A DNA stretch of 64,000 nt, from NCBI GenBank assembly GCA_017303485.1, contig JAFLCY010000004.1, positions 6,392-70,391 of the forward strand, given 5' to 3'. The notes below the pieces were generated by a model. It ran no database searches. It worked only from the letters and a program-made list of their open reading frames with translations, and was not told the origin of the DNA. The stretch is from Rhodobacterales bacterium (GTDB lineage: Bacteria; Pseudomonadota; Alphaproteobacteria; Rhodobacterales; Rhodobacteraceae). Positions 51,442 to 60,968 of the stretch are shown here, one piece after another. The number at the start of each line of letters is the position of its first letter. Position 1 is the first letter of the stretch. A program made the translations under genes and the position numbers.

Positions 51442-53048
51442 TGCCCCAGCATCTTTCTGACCGCCGCCACAAACTCCACCCTCGGCACCTCGACCTGCGC
51501 CGGGCGGTCCTTCCATTCCTCCAAGGTCGCGCTTTCGGCAATCTTTGCGCCAAGGATCAGGTCCTTCAGGATCACCTTGCCTGCCGCCGCTTCGTTCCCG
51601 CCTTGAATGACGGCGATGGGCGACTGGCGCTTGTCGGCGTATTTGAGCTGGTTGCCGAAGTTCTTCGGGTTGCCGAGATAAACCTCGGCCCGGATGCCCG
51701 CCTGCCGAAGCTCTCCCACCATCGCCATGTAATCCGCCATCCGGTCGCGGTCCATCACCGTCACCACCACCGGCCCCGCCGCATCGCCCGTGCTGCGCCC
51801 CTTGGCGCGGAGGGCGGCGAGGAGGCGGTCGACCCCGATGGAGACGCCGGTCGCGGGCACATCCTGCCCGGTGAAGCGCTTGACGAGGCCGTCATAGCGG
51901 CCCCCCCCGGCGACCGAGCCGAAGTTCCTCGGGCGGCCCTTTTCGTCGGTGATCTGGAAGGTCAGTTCCGCCTCATAGACCGGTCCGGTGTAGTAGCCGA
52001 GACCACGGACGACGCCGGGGTCGATGACGATGCGGTCGGGGCCGTAGCCTTGGGCCTCTAGCAGATCGGCAATGGATTCCAGTTCGTCCACGCCTTCTAG
52101 GCCGGTCATGGACGTGCCAACGATTTCTCGGAGATACTGAGTGGTGACCCGGTTCCAGTAACGGGTTATCGGACCGTCACCCCCAAGAACACGGCGTCCT
52201 GAGGGTGATCCTTGAAAACTAGCCAAGTAGGCGTGGACGCCGATCTTAGTGTCCATAGCTCCGGGCAACTCTGAAATCTCGACTAGCCTCTTTTCTATCT
52301 GGTTCGACGCGGACACGAACCGCATAACGACCTCGGCCTGAGCATCACTCAAGCCCGCGCCCTTCGTGAAATCCCCGCTCTCATCCTTGCGGCCCTCACC
52401 CAGCAGCGCCCGCACACCTTCCTCGCCCAGCCGGTCGATCTTGTCGATGGCGCGCAGGACGATGCCGCGTTCGGCTTCCTTGTCGTCTCCGGCAAGGCCC
52501 GCGACCTCCATCACCCCGTTCAGGACCTTGCGGTTGTTCACCTTCACCACATAGTCACCGCGCGGGATGCCAACTTCCTCCAGACAATCCGCCAGCATCG
52601 CGCAGATCTCGGCATCGGCGGCGACCGAGCCCGACCCGACCGTATCGGCATCGCACTGGTAGAACTGCCGGAACCGCCCCGGCCCCGGTTTCTCGTTCCG
52701 CCAGACCGGCCCCATCGCATAGCGGCGATAAGGCGAGGGCAGGTCGTTCCGGTACTGCGCCGCGACCCGTGCGAGAGGCGCCGTCAGGTCATAGCGCAGG
52801 GCCAGCCAGTCCTGATCCTCCTCCTGCCAGGCGAAGACGCCCTCGTTCGGGCGGTCGACGTCGGGGAGGAACTTGCCCAAGGCCTCGACCGTTTCCACCG
52901 CCGAGGTCTCCAGGGGATCAAAGCCATAGCGATGGTAGACCCCGGCGATGGCGTCGAGCATGGCTTTCCGTTCGGTGACCTCGGCCCCGAAATAGTCGCG
53001 GAATCCCTTCGGGGTCTCGGCGCGGGGGCGGCGGGTTTTTTCGGCCAT
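51438..53048 (-). CDS. hisS: Histidine--tRNA ligase, with an atypical internal insert
   Basis: [55 protein letters not shown]. Confidence 0.96.
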   Translation of the reverse strand: MAEKTRRPRAETPKGFRDYFGAEVTERKAMLDAIAGVYHRYGFDPLETSAVETVEALGKFLPDVDRPNEGVFAWQEEDQDWLALRYDLTAPLARVAAQYRNDLPSPYRRYAMGPVWRNEKPGPGRFRQFYQCDADTVGSGSVAADAEICAMLADCLEEVGIPRGDYVVKVNNRKVLNGVMEVAGLAGDDKEAERGIVLRAIDKIDRLGEEGVRALLGEGRKDESGDFTKGAGLSDAQAEVVMRFVSASNQIEKRLVEISELPGAMDTKIGVHAYLASFQGSPSGRRVLGGDGPITRYWNRVTTQYLREIVGTSMTGLEGVDELESIADLLEAQGYGPDRIVIDPGVVRGLGYYTGPVYEAELTFQITDEKGRPRNFGSVAGGGRYDGLVKRFTGQDVPATGVSIGVDRLLAALRAKGRSTGDAAGPVVVTVMDRDRMADYMAMVGELRQAGIRAEVYLGNPKNFGNQLKYADKRQSPIAVIQGGNEAAAGKVILKDLILGAKIAESATLEEWKDRPAQVEVPRVEFVAAVRKMLGQ

Positions 53049-53131
53049 GGCGGGACCTTCGCTTTTGATCGGGGTCCGTGTATCCCGTGGGGGAGGCCTA
53101 TTCAAGGACAGGCGAACAAGCGGGGGCATGG

Positions 53132-53332
53132 ATGGACCGGGTCGACGGCCTAGAGGAACGGATGGCCCACCTGATGCGGGCGGTGGAGGAACTGTCTGAC
53201 GTGGTCGCCCGCCAGGCTGGCGAGATTGCCGGGCTGGAGCGTCGGGTGCGGCTTCTGATGGAACGGGCAGCCGAGGAGGAGGCCTTGCGGGGTGCGCCCC
53301 CCGAGGCCAATGTCCGCCCGCCGCATTGGTGA
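53132..53332 (+). CDS. slyX: SlyX family protein
   Basis: LEERMAHL...[10 protein letters not shown] coiled coil; ends RPPHW. Confidence 0.88.
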   Translation: MDRVDGLEERMAHLMRAVEELSDVVARQAGEIAGLERRVRLLMERAAEEEALRGAPPEANVRPPHW

Positions 53333-53371
53333 GGGCGCGGAAGTGTCACCTCATTCCCAAGGCAGCGGATT

Positions 53372-53581
53372 TCAGTCCAACGTCAGAGCAGCGCCCTTGT
53401 GGGCGGCGATGTGGTCGCTCCTGTCGCTTTTGATCTCATATTGCGGATCGGCCTCGGTCGCGCGGTGGGTGTAGCCCTTGTAGTCGAAATCGCGGGTATG
53501 GATGGCGATGATGGTACCCGAAACGCGGCCCGCTTCGGAGTTCCAGCTGACGTGATCGCCGATTCTGAACCGTTCAGCCAT
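53372..53581 (-). CDS. DUF2945 family (Tudor-like) small protein
   Basis: FRIGDHVSWNSEAG, PQYEIKSD..H.A.HK..AL. GGAG(G) RBS. Confidence 0.8.
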   Translation of the reverse strand: MAERFRIGDHVSWNSEAGRVSGTIIAIHTRDFDYKGYTHRATEADPQYEIKSDRSDHIAAHKGAALTLD

Positions 53582-53888
53582 CTCCGGACCCTCCATCGGC
53601 CAGCTTGTCCCACGCACTTTAGACCAACGTGGCGGTCTGTGTCTCGTCGACATCATCTCCCGCCAGCGGGCGCCGGACCAGATTCTGTCCTGGGATCACC
53701 GTCGGAAACTGGACAGGGCCCGGTGCGGTGACTAGTCTTTTCGGACAGTCTGGAGTTCTCCGGAAACCATTGACGACCATGCTGTCGTGCCGCCGAGGCT
53801 GGCCTGAACAGCCGCTGCAAGCCAAAGTCGCATCAGGCCGTTGTGTCGCGCCTGCTGCCTGTTTCACGATCTAGGGCCCGGAGGATCT

Positions 53889-54923
53889 GTGACCGTTTTC
53901 CAGTCTCAAGCTGTCGACGCCGACCTCACGCGGCACGCGATTTTCCTTGTGGTCCTGATTGCAGAAGACGAGGCAAGCGCACGCGCCGCCGGTGCGCTGC
54001 TTGGCAATGTCGCCGGCCTTGTCCGCGCTGTCGGGTTTCGCAGCGCCGATGGGCAGCTGTCCTGCGTGACCGGCATTGGTGCCGCGGCCTGGGACCGGAT
54101 CTACGGCGGGACGCGACCGAAGGAGTTGCGCCCGTTCCGCGAGATCCGCGGCGTGCATCACGCGCCCACGACGCCGGGCGACCTGCTGTTCCATATCCGC
54201 GCCATGCGGATGGACCTGTGTTTCGAGCTTGCGCGCCAGATCATGGACCAACTCGGCCCCTCTGCCACGGTCGCCGACGAGGTGCATGGCTTTGCCTATT
54301 TCGACCGCCGCGACCTTCTGGGCTTCGTCGACGGGACCGAGAACCCGTCCGGCGGCGAGGCCGTCGATGCGACGCTCATCGGCGGTGAGGACGCAGCCTT
54401 TGCCGGCGGAAGCTATGTCATCGTGCAGAAATACCTGCATGATCTGACCGCCTGGGACCGGCTGCCGGTCGAGCAGCAGGAAAGGATCATCGGTCGCAAG
54501 AAACTGTCGGACATCGAGCTGTCCGAGGCCGAGAAACCTTCCTATGCCCACAACGCGCTGACCGTCATCACCGACGAGGCCGGCGACCAGGTGCAGATCC
54601 TGCGCGACAACATGCCCTTCGGCGATGTCGGCAAGGGCGAGTTCGGCACCTATTTCATCGGCTACGCGCGGTCGCCCGGGCGGGTGGAGCGGATGCTGGA
54701 AAACATGTTCGTCGGCAATCCCCCGGGCAACTACGACCGCTTGCTCGATTTCAGCCGGGCGGTCACGGGGACGCTGTTCTTCGTGCCATCGGCGGCGCTT
54801 CTGGAGCAGGCGGATGCCGGAGGGATGGCCCCGGTGGCCAAGGATCAGGATGAGATCACGCAACCTGCCCGATCCGACGGGTCGCTCGGCATCGGCTCAC
54901 TCAAAGGCGGAGAGACGGCATGA
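53889..54923 (+). CDS. Dyp-type peroxidase with encapsulin targeting peptide
   Basis: DLLFHIRA, GFVDGTENP, QKYLHD, ILRDNMPFG, C-terminal DGSLGIGSLKG. Confidence 0.93.
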   Translation: MTVFQSQAVDADLTRHAIFLVVLIAEDEASARAAGALLGNVAGLVRAVGFRSADGQLSCVTGIGAAAWDRIYGGTRPKELRPFREIRGVHHAPTTPGDLLFHIRAMRMDLCFELARQIMDQLGPSATVADEVHGFAYFDRRDLLGFVDGTENPSGGEAVDATLIGGEDAAFAGGSYVIVQKYLHDLTAWDRLPVEQQERIIGRKKLSDIELSEAEKPSYAHNALTVITDEAGDQVQILRDNMPFGDVGKGEFGTYFIGYARSPGRVERMLENMFVGNPPGNYDRLLDFSRAVTGTLFFVPSAALLEQADAGGMAPVAKDQDEITQPARSDGSLGIGSLKGGETA

Positions 54924-55726
54924 ACAACCTTCACCGGGACCTGGCCCCGATTTCCGAAGCGGCCTGGGAGATGATCGAGGAAGAGGCCTGCCGCACCCTG
55001 AAACGCCACCTTGGCGGTCGCCGCGTCGTGGACGTAGAGGGGCCGAAAGGCTTCGGGCATTCGGCGGTCGGTACCGGTCGGGCCGAGCCGATCAAGGCCC
55101 CCGCCGATGGGGTTTCGGCGCTGCGACGCGTGGTCAGGCCACTTGTGGAATTCCGCACGCCCTTCGATCTGTCGCGGCAGGCGATTGACGATGTGGAGCG
55201 CGGATCGCTCGATTCCGACTGGAGTCCGCTGAAAGAGGCGGCGAAGCGCATCGCCCTTGCCGAGGACCGGGCGATCTTCGACGGCTACGCAGCGGCGGGC
55301 ATCCGCGGCATCCGGCAAGAGGCCAGCACGGCCGCCGTCAAGCTGCCGTCCGCGGTCACGCACTACCCCGAGGCGGTGGCGCAGGCGGTCAGCCGGTTGC
55401 GGCTGGAAGGGGTCGAAGGCCCCTATGCTCTGGTACTGGGGCAGGATGCCTATACCGCGGCCAGCGGAGGCAGCGAAGACGGCTATCCTGTGCTTGCGCA
55501 TCTTGAGCGCGTCGTCGATGGCGGCATCATCTGGGCACCGGGCATTGCCGGCGGGCTGGTGCTGTCCACCCGGGGCGGGGATTTCGAACTGACGCTAGGT
55601 CAGGATTTCTCCATCGGCTATCTGGGGCACGACGCTGGAAAGGTCACGCTCTACATCCAGGAAAGCATGACGTTCCGCGTGTTGACCACCGAGGCGGCGG
55701 TGGCGCTTGACCCGTCGAAGAAGTGA
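54920..55726 (+). CDS. Family 1 encapsulin shell protein (Linocin M18-like)
   Basis: MNNLHRDLAPIS..AW..IEEEA, RRVVDV.GP.G, EDRAIFDG, GQDFSIGY. ATGA overlap with DyP. Confidence 0.95.
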   Translation: MNNLHRDLAPISEAAWEMIEEEACRTLKRHLGGRRVVDVEGPKGFGHSAVGTGRAEPIKAPADGVSALRRVVRPLVEFRTPFDLSRQAIDDVERGSLDSDWSPLKEAAKRIALAEDRAIFDGYAAAGIRGIRQEASTAAVKLPSAVTHYPEAVAQAVSRLRLEGVEGPYALVLGQDAYTAASGGSEDGYPVLAHLERVVDGGIIWAPGIAGGLVLSTRGGDFELTLGQDFSIGYLGHDAGKVTLYIQESMTFRVLTTEAAVALDPSKK

Positions 55727-55790
55727 TGGTCGGGACCGGCGAAGGCGGCGGGCGGCCCGAGGGAGGGCGCGGCCCCCTTTGGTGAGGGGT

Positions 55791-55812
55791 GGTGCGCTGT
55801 AGCGCACCCTGC
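55791..55812 (-). repeat. GTAG-family REP, degenerate copy
   Basis: Minus strand reads GCAGGGTGCGCTACAGCGCACC, one mismatch to the 56616 copy. Confidence 0.75.
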
Positions 55813-55836
55813 GGGGGCGGTTGGGATGGGGGCCTG

Positions 55837-55864
55837 TTGACTCCCCCGGTTTCGCCTGTATAAG
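55837..55864 (+). promoter_or_regulatory. Putative sigma70 promoter of rpsD
   Basis: TTGACT-N16-TATAAG. Confidence 0.55.
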
Positions 55865-55988
55865 CGCGCCTCGTCCGGGATGAGAGTCCCGGGCTTTTCA
55901 TTGGTGTTGGTGGCCCCCGCAAGGGGATGCCTGTCGGGTCGCAAGACCAAAGGACAACGCCCTTCGACAACATAGAAGGAGATCAGCG

Positions 55989-56609
55989 GTGACCAAACGC
56001 ACCTCTGCCAAGTACAAGATCGACCGCCGCATGGGCGAGAACATCTGGGGCCGTCCGAAGTCCCCGATCAACAAGCGTGAGTACGGTCCGGGCCAGCATG
56101 GCCAGCGCCGGAAGAACAAGCTGTCGGACTTCGGCACGCAGCTGCGCGCCAAGCAGAAGCTCAAGGGCTATTACGGCGACCTGACCGAAAAGCAGTTCCG
56201 CAAGATCTATGGCGAGGCCGAGCGTGTGCGCGGCGACACCGGCGAGATGCTGATCGGCCTTCTGGAGCGCCGCCTGGACGCGGTGGTCTACCGCGCCAAG
56301 TTCGTGCCGACCATCTTCGCGGCGCGTCAGTTCGTGAACCATGGCCATGTCACGGTGAACGGCAAGCGGGTGAACATCGCCTCGTACCGCGTGGCGGAAG
56401 GCGACGTGATCCAGGTCCGCGAGAAGTCGCGCCAGATGGCCGCCATCGCTGAAGCCATCGCGCTGACCGAGCGGGACGTGCCGGACTATCTGGAAGTCGA
56501 CAACAACAAGCTGACCGCGAAGTTCGTCCGCACCCCGGGCCTGGGCGACGTGCCCTATCCGGTGCAGATGGAACCGAACCTGGTCGTCGAATACTACGCC
56601 AAGAACTAA
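55989..56609 (+). CDS. rpsD: 30S ribosomal protein S4
   Basis: [35 protein letters not shown] start with AAGGAG RBS. Confidence 0.98.
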   Translation: MTKRTSAKYKIDRRMGENIWGRPKSPINKREYGPGQHGQRRKNKLSDFGTQLRAKQKLKGYYGDLTEKQFRKIYGEAERVRGDTGEMLIGLLERRLDAVVYRAKFVPTIFAARQFVNHGHVTVNGKRVNIASYRVAEGDVIQVREKSRQMAAIAEAIALTERDVPDYLEVDNNKLTAKFVRTPGLGDVPYPVQMEPNLVVEYYAKN

Positions 56610-56615
56610 CGGTTC

Positions 56616-56637
56616 GGTGCGCTGTAGCGCACCCTAC
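56616..56637 (-). repeat. GTAG-family REP
   Basis: Minus strand reads GTAG-GGTGCGCT-AC-AGCGCACC (GTAG foot plus palindrome). Confidence 0.8.
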
Positions 56638-56642
56638 GATCT

Positions 56643-56678
56643 GGGGCCGCACCGCGAGGTCGCGGCCCTTTTCATTTT
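56643..56678 (+). terminator. Intrinsic terminator after rpsD
   Basis: GGGCCGC ACC GCGA GGT C GCGGCCC followed by TTTTCATTTT. Confidence 0.75.
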
Positions 56679-56693
56679 CCGATGGAGAGCGCG

Positions 56694-57227
56694 ATGACCG
56701 GCAAACCCAGTGTCGAGGCCCGTTTCGAGCAGGGCCTGTTCGCCAGCCGCTGGCTGATGGCACCGATGTATCTGGGCCTGGCGATCACGCTGGGGATGCT
56801 GACGGTGATCTTCGTCAAGGAACTGGTCTACTACCTGCCGCAGGTGCTGGATCTGACGGCCGAGAAGATGATCCTGGTCGCGCTGACGCTGATCGACCTG
56901 ACGCTGGCGGCGAACCTTTTGTTGATCGTGATGTTCTCGGGCTACGAGAGCTTCGTGTCGAAGTTCGACATCGACGTCGGCTCGGACAAGCCGGACTGGA
57001 TGGGCAAGGTCGATTTCGGCGGGCTGAAGATGAAGCTGATCGCGTCGATCGTGGCGATCTCGGGGATCCATCTTCTGAAGCGGTTCATGGAGATCAGCGA
57101 CCTGGAGACGGCGACGACCTTCGGCGAGACCGAGATGTTCTGGCTGGTGACGATCCACCTGACCTTCGTGGTTTCGGGCGTGCTGATGGCCCTGATGGAT
57201 TGGCTGCAGTCGCGGTCCTACAAGTAA
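56694..57227 (+). CDS. YqhA/UPF0114 (TIGR00645-like) membrane protein
   Basis: FASRWLMAPMYLGL, SGYESFVSK, LKMKLIASIVAISGIHLL. Confidence 0.88.
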   Translation: MTGKPSVEARFEQGLFASRWLMAPMYLGLAITLGMLTVIFVKELVYYLPQVLDLTAEKMILVALTLIDLTLAANLLLIVMFSGYESFVSKFDIDVGSDKPDWMGKVDFGGLKMKLIASIVAISGIHLLKRFMEISDLETATTFGETEMFWLVTIHLTFVVSGVLMALMDWLQSRSYK

Positions 57228-57237
57228 GGAGGTCGCG

Positions 57238-58653
57238 ATGACCCATACCGTTCATGCCCGGATCGAGGGCGCGCTGGCGATGATCGGCTTCGGTTCGATC
57301 GGGCGCGGGGTGTTGCCGCTGATCGAGCGGCATATCGGGTTTGACCGGGAACGGTTCACGGTGATCGAGCCGTCGGGGGAGTTTGCCCATCTCCTCCGCG
57401 ACCACGGCATCCGGCATGTGCAGGTGGCGCTGACGGCGGAAAACTTCGCCGAGGTGCTGCGGGGGCTGTTCCCGGAAGGCAAGGGCATGATCGTCAACCT
57501 GTCGGTGGACGTGGATTCGATCGAGCTGATGAAGCTCGCGCAGGAGATCGGGGTCCAGTACATCGACACGGTGGTGGAGCCCTGGCCGGGGTTCTACTTC
57601 GGCTCGACCCTGCCAAATGCCGAGCGGACGAACTATCCCCTGCGCGAACGGGTGCGGGAGCTGGGCAAGGCCTATGTCGGCGGGCCGACGGCGGTGTCGT
57701 GCTGCGGGGCCAATCCGGGGATGGTGAGCTGGCTCTTGAAGGAGGCTCTGCTGCGGCTGGCGGCGGATACCGGGGTGACGGCCGATCCGCAGGGACGCGA
57801 GGACTGGGCGGGGTTGATGCAGGGGCTGGGAGTCAAGGGCATCCACATCGCCGAGCGCGACACGCAGGTTTCGGGCAAGGCCAAGCCCTTGGGGGTGTTT
57901 GTCAACACCTGGTCGGTGGACGGGCTGTTGTCCGAGGGCTACCAGCCCGCCGAACTCGGCTGGGGCACGCATGAAAAGCGGTTGCCGCGCGACGGATATG
58001 CTTTCGACCACGGGCCGGGCTATGCGATCTGGATCGACCGGCCCGGCGCGGATACGCGGGTGCGGTCCTGGTGCCCGGGGGTGGGGCCGCAATACGGGCT
58101 TGTGATCACCCATAACGAGGCGCTGTCGATCCCGGACTACTATACGGTCTGGGACAAGGACCGCGCCGTCTATCGCCCGACCTGCCACTACGCCTACCAC
58201 CCCAGCAACGACGCGGTGTTGTCGCTGTACGAAATGAACGGGGCCGGGGTGCGGCAGCCGGAGCAGCATATCCTGACTGTCGAGGAAATCACCGACGGCG
58301 GCGATGACCTGGGGGTGTTCCTCTATGGTCACGCCAAGGGCGCGATGTGGTATGGCTCGCGGCTCTCATGCGAAGAGGCGCGCGCGTTGGCGCCTTACCA
58401 GAACGCGACGGGGATGCAGGTGACATCCGCCGTGCTGGCGGCGATGGTCTGGGCAGCTGAGAACCCGAACGAGGGCTTCGTCGAGGCCGACGAGATGGAC
58501 CATGTCCGCTGCCTGGAGGTCCAGCGCCCCTATCTGGGCCGGATCGAGTGCCACTACACCGACTGGACGCCACTGCAGAACCGGATCAACAGCTTCGCCG
58601 AGGATCGGGACGACAGCGATACCTGGCAGTTCGTCAACTTCCTGGCGGTCTGA
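57238..58653 (+). CDS. hss: Homospermidine synthase
   Basis: IGFGSIG, YIDTVVEPW, CCGANPGMVS, HIAERDTQ, NTWSVDG, THNE, YRPTCHYAY, QNATGMQV. Confidence 0.95.
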   Translation: MTHTVHARIEGALAMIGFGSIGRGVLPLIERHIGFDRERFTVIEPSGEFAHLLRDHGIRHVQVALTAENFAEVLRGLFPEGKGMIVNLSVDVDSIELMKLAQEIGVQYIDTVVEPWPGFYFGSTLPNAERTNYPLRERVRELGKAYVGGPTAVSCCGANPGMVSWLLKEALLRLAADTGVTADPQGREDWAGLMQGLGVKGIHIAERDTQVSGKAKPLGVFVNTWSVDGLLSEGYQPAELGWGTHEKRLPRDGYAFDHGPGYAIWIDRPGADTRVRSWCPGVGPQYGLVITHNEALSIPDYYTVWDKDRAVYRPTCHYAYHPSNDAVLSLYEMNGAGVRQPEQHILTVEEITDGGDDLGVFLYGHAKGAMWYGSRLSCEEARALAPYQNATGMQVTSAVLAAMVWAAENPNEGFVEADEMDHVRCLEVQRPYLGRIECHYTDWTPLQNRINSFAEDRDDSDTWQFVNFLAV

Positions 58654-58697
58654 CTGACGGCTTTCAAGCGGAGCGCTGTCGCGCGAAGACCTTTCCT

Positions 58698-58853
58698 CTC
58701 GTCGTCGGGGCTTCGCCCTCCTCCTCGGCGGATGGGGGTTTCACCCCCAAACCCCCGAGAGTATTTGTGAAAAGAGCAAGCCTGTTTGCTCTTTCTCGCA
58801 AATACTCCCGCCGGAGGCGCGTCGGGAAGGAGGGCGAAAGTCTTGACGACGAG
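58698..58853. repeat. Nested inverted-repeat element containing two inverted family C copies
   Basis: Outer arms CTCGTCGTCGGGGCTTCGCCCTCCT / AGGAGGGCGAAAGTCTTGACGACGAG. Inner arms GAGTATTTGTGAAAAGAGCAA / TTGCTCTTTCTCGCAAATACTC. Confidence 0.8.
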
Positions 58854-58960
58854 GCAATAGACTTGCGCGCGCGCGTTCGATTTCACGACGATCGGTCAAG
58901 GCGGAACCCTCTGGCCTTGCGCGCGGCAGGCGGGTAAACCGGGCCTGCATCTCGGGGGCC

Positions 58961-60049
58961 ATGATGAACGACCAGATCAAGCCGCAGCCAGGCATCCTTG
59001 ACATCGCCCTTTACGAGGGCGGCAAGGCACATGTCGCGGGCGTGGCCAATGTGGTGAAGCTGTCGTCGAACGAAAACCCGTTCGGACCGTCCGACAAGGC
59101 GAAGGAGGCTTTCGCCCGCACGGTCCACAGCCTGCATCGTTACCCCGTGACCGACCATGCCGACCTGCGCGCGGCCATTGCGGAGATGCATGGGCTGGAC
59201 GCTTCCCGCATCATCTGCGGCGCGGGGTCGGACGAAATCATCACCTTCCTGTGCCAGGCCTATGCCGGGCCGCGCGACGAGGTGGTGTTCACCGAACACG
59301 GGTTCCTGATGTACCGGATTTCGACCATGGCGGTCGGGGCGACCCCGGTCGAGGTGCAGGAGCGGGAGCGGACGGCGGATGTTGACGCCATCCTCGCCGC
59401 CTGCAACCGCCGCACCAGGCTGGTCTTCATCGCTAACCCGAACAACCCGACCGGCACGATGATTTCCGCCGCCGAGATCGCCCGGCTGGCCGAGAACCTG
59501 CCGCCGCAGGCGCTTTTGGTGCTGGACGGGGCCTATGCGGAATTTGTCGAGGGCTATGACGGCGGGGCGGCACTGGTCGATGCGCGCGACAATGTGGTGA
59601 TGACGCGGACCTTCTCGAAGATCTACGGGCTGGGGGGATTGCGGATCGGCTGGGGCTACGGCCCCCGCCATGTGATCGACGTGCTGAACCGGATCCGCGG
59701 CCCGTTCAACCTGTCGACCACCCAGCTTGAGACCGCCGAGGCCGCGGTGCGCGACCAGGATTATGTCGCCAAGTGCCGGGGCGAGAACACACGGATGCGG
59801 TCGTGGCTGGCCAATGCGCTGGCCGAGATCGGGGTGCCGTCGGACACCTCGATGGCGAACTTCATCCTGGCCCGTTTCGCCAGCCAGGATGAGGCCGAGG
59901 CCTGCGATGCCTTCCTGCAGAAGCAGGGGCTGATCGTGCGCCGGGTCGCGGGCTACAAGCTGCCGCATTGCCTGCGGATCACCATCGGCGACGAAGCCTC
60001 GTGCCGTCAGGTCGCCCATGCGGTCGCGCAGTTCAAGGGGGTCAAATGA
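58961..60049 (+). CDS. hisC: Histidinol-phosphate aminotransferase
   Basis: [43 protein letters not shown]. Confidence 0.95.
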   Translation: MMNDQIKPQPGILDIALYEGGKAHVAGVANVVKLSSNENPFGPSDKAKEAFARTVHSLHRYPVTDHADLRAAIAEMHGLDASRIICGAGSDEIITFLCQAYAGPRDEVVFTEHGFLMYRISTMAVGATPVEVQERERTADVDAILAACNRRTRLVFIANPNNPTGTMISAAEIARLAENLPPQALLVLDGAYAEFVEGYDGGAALVDARDNVVMTRTFSKIYGLGGLRIGWGYGPRHVIDVLNRIRGPFNLSTTQLETAEAAVRDQDYVAKCRGENTRMRSWLANALAEIGVPSDTSMANFILARFASQDEAEACDAFLQKQGLIVRRVAGYKLPHCLRITIGDEASCRQVAHAVAQFKGVK

Positions 60050-60966
60050 TCTACCCGCGCGTCGCCCTGATCGGTCTGGGACTGATCGCCTCGTCGATGG
60101 CGCATGCGATGCGGGCGGGAGGGTTGGCTGGCGAGATCGTCGGCTATGCGAAGTCGCCCGAGACGCGGGAGGTGGCGAAGAGCCTGTTCTGCGACCGGGT
60201 GACGGAGAGTGCTGCCGAGGCGGTGCAGGGGGCCGATCTGGTGGTGCTGGCGGTGCCCGTTGGGGTCATGGGCGAGATTGCCGAGGAGATTGCGCCGCAT
60301 CTGAAGCCGGGCGCGACGGTGACCGATGTGGGCTCGGTCAAGCAGGCGGTGGTCAGTGCGGTAGCCCCGCACATTCCGGCGGGAGTGCATTTCGTTCCCG
60401 GCCATCCGCTGGCCGGGACGGAGTATTCCGGCCCGCGCTCCGGCTTTGCGACGCTGTTCCAGAACCGCTGGTGGCTGCTGACGCCGGCGCCGGAGACCGA
60501 TGCCGGGGCCGTGGCCAGGCTGCGATCGTTCCTGGAAGCGATGGGCGCCAATGTCGACGAGATGGATGTCGAGCATCATGATCTGGTGCTGGCCGTCGTC
60601 AGCCATGTGCCGCATGCCATCGCCTATACGATGGTGGGGGTTGCCGACCATATGCGCCGCGTCTCGCAGTCGGAAGTGATCAAGTATTCGGCCAGCGGCT
60701 TCCGCGACTTTACCCGGATCGCGGCCAGCGATCCCGTCATGTGGCGAGACGTTTTCCTGACCAACAAGGAGGCGGTGCTGGATATTCTGGGCCGGTTCGC
60801 CGAGGAGCTGTTCGTGTTGCAGCGCGCGATCCGGATGGGGGACGGCGACCATCTGCACGCCTATTTCACCCGCACCCGGGCGATCCGCCGGGGGATCATC
60901 GAGGCCGGGCAGGACACCGCCGCGCCGGATTTCGGCCGGGCGGCCCCGAAGGCGAAAGAGGGCTGA
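60046..60966 (+). CDS. tyrC: Prephenate/arogenate (cyclohexadienyl) dehydrogenase
   Basis: [46 protein letters not shown] overlap with hisC. Confidence 0.9.
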   Translation: MIYPRVALIGLGLIASSMAHAMRAGGLAGEIVGYAKSPETREVAKSLFCDRVTESAAEAVQGADLVVLAVPVGVMGEIAEEIAPHLKPGATVTDVGSVKQAVVSAVAPHIPAGVHFVPGHPLAGTEYSGPRSGFATLFQNRWWLLTPAPETDAGAVARLRSFLEAMGANVDEMDVEHHDLVLAVVSHVPHAIAYTMVGVADHMRRVSQSEVIKYSASGFRDFTRIAASDPVMWRDVFLTNKEAVLDILGRFAEELFVLQRAIRMGDGDHLHAYFTRTRAIRRGIIEAGQDTAAPDFGRAAPKAKEG

Positions 60967-60968
60967 GA

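Noticed and set aside
54920-55726. Phage capsid or prophage remnant
   Set aside because: The sequence is a family 1 encapsulin with a cargo gene; no terminase, portal or integrase nearby.
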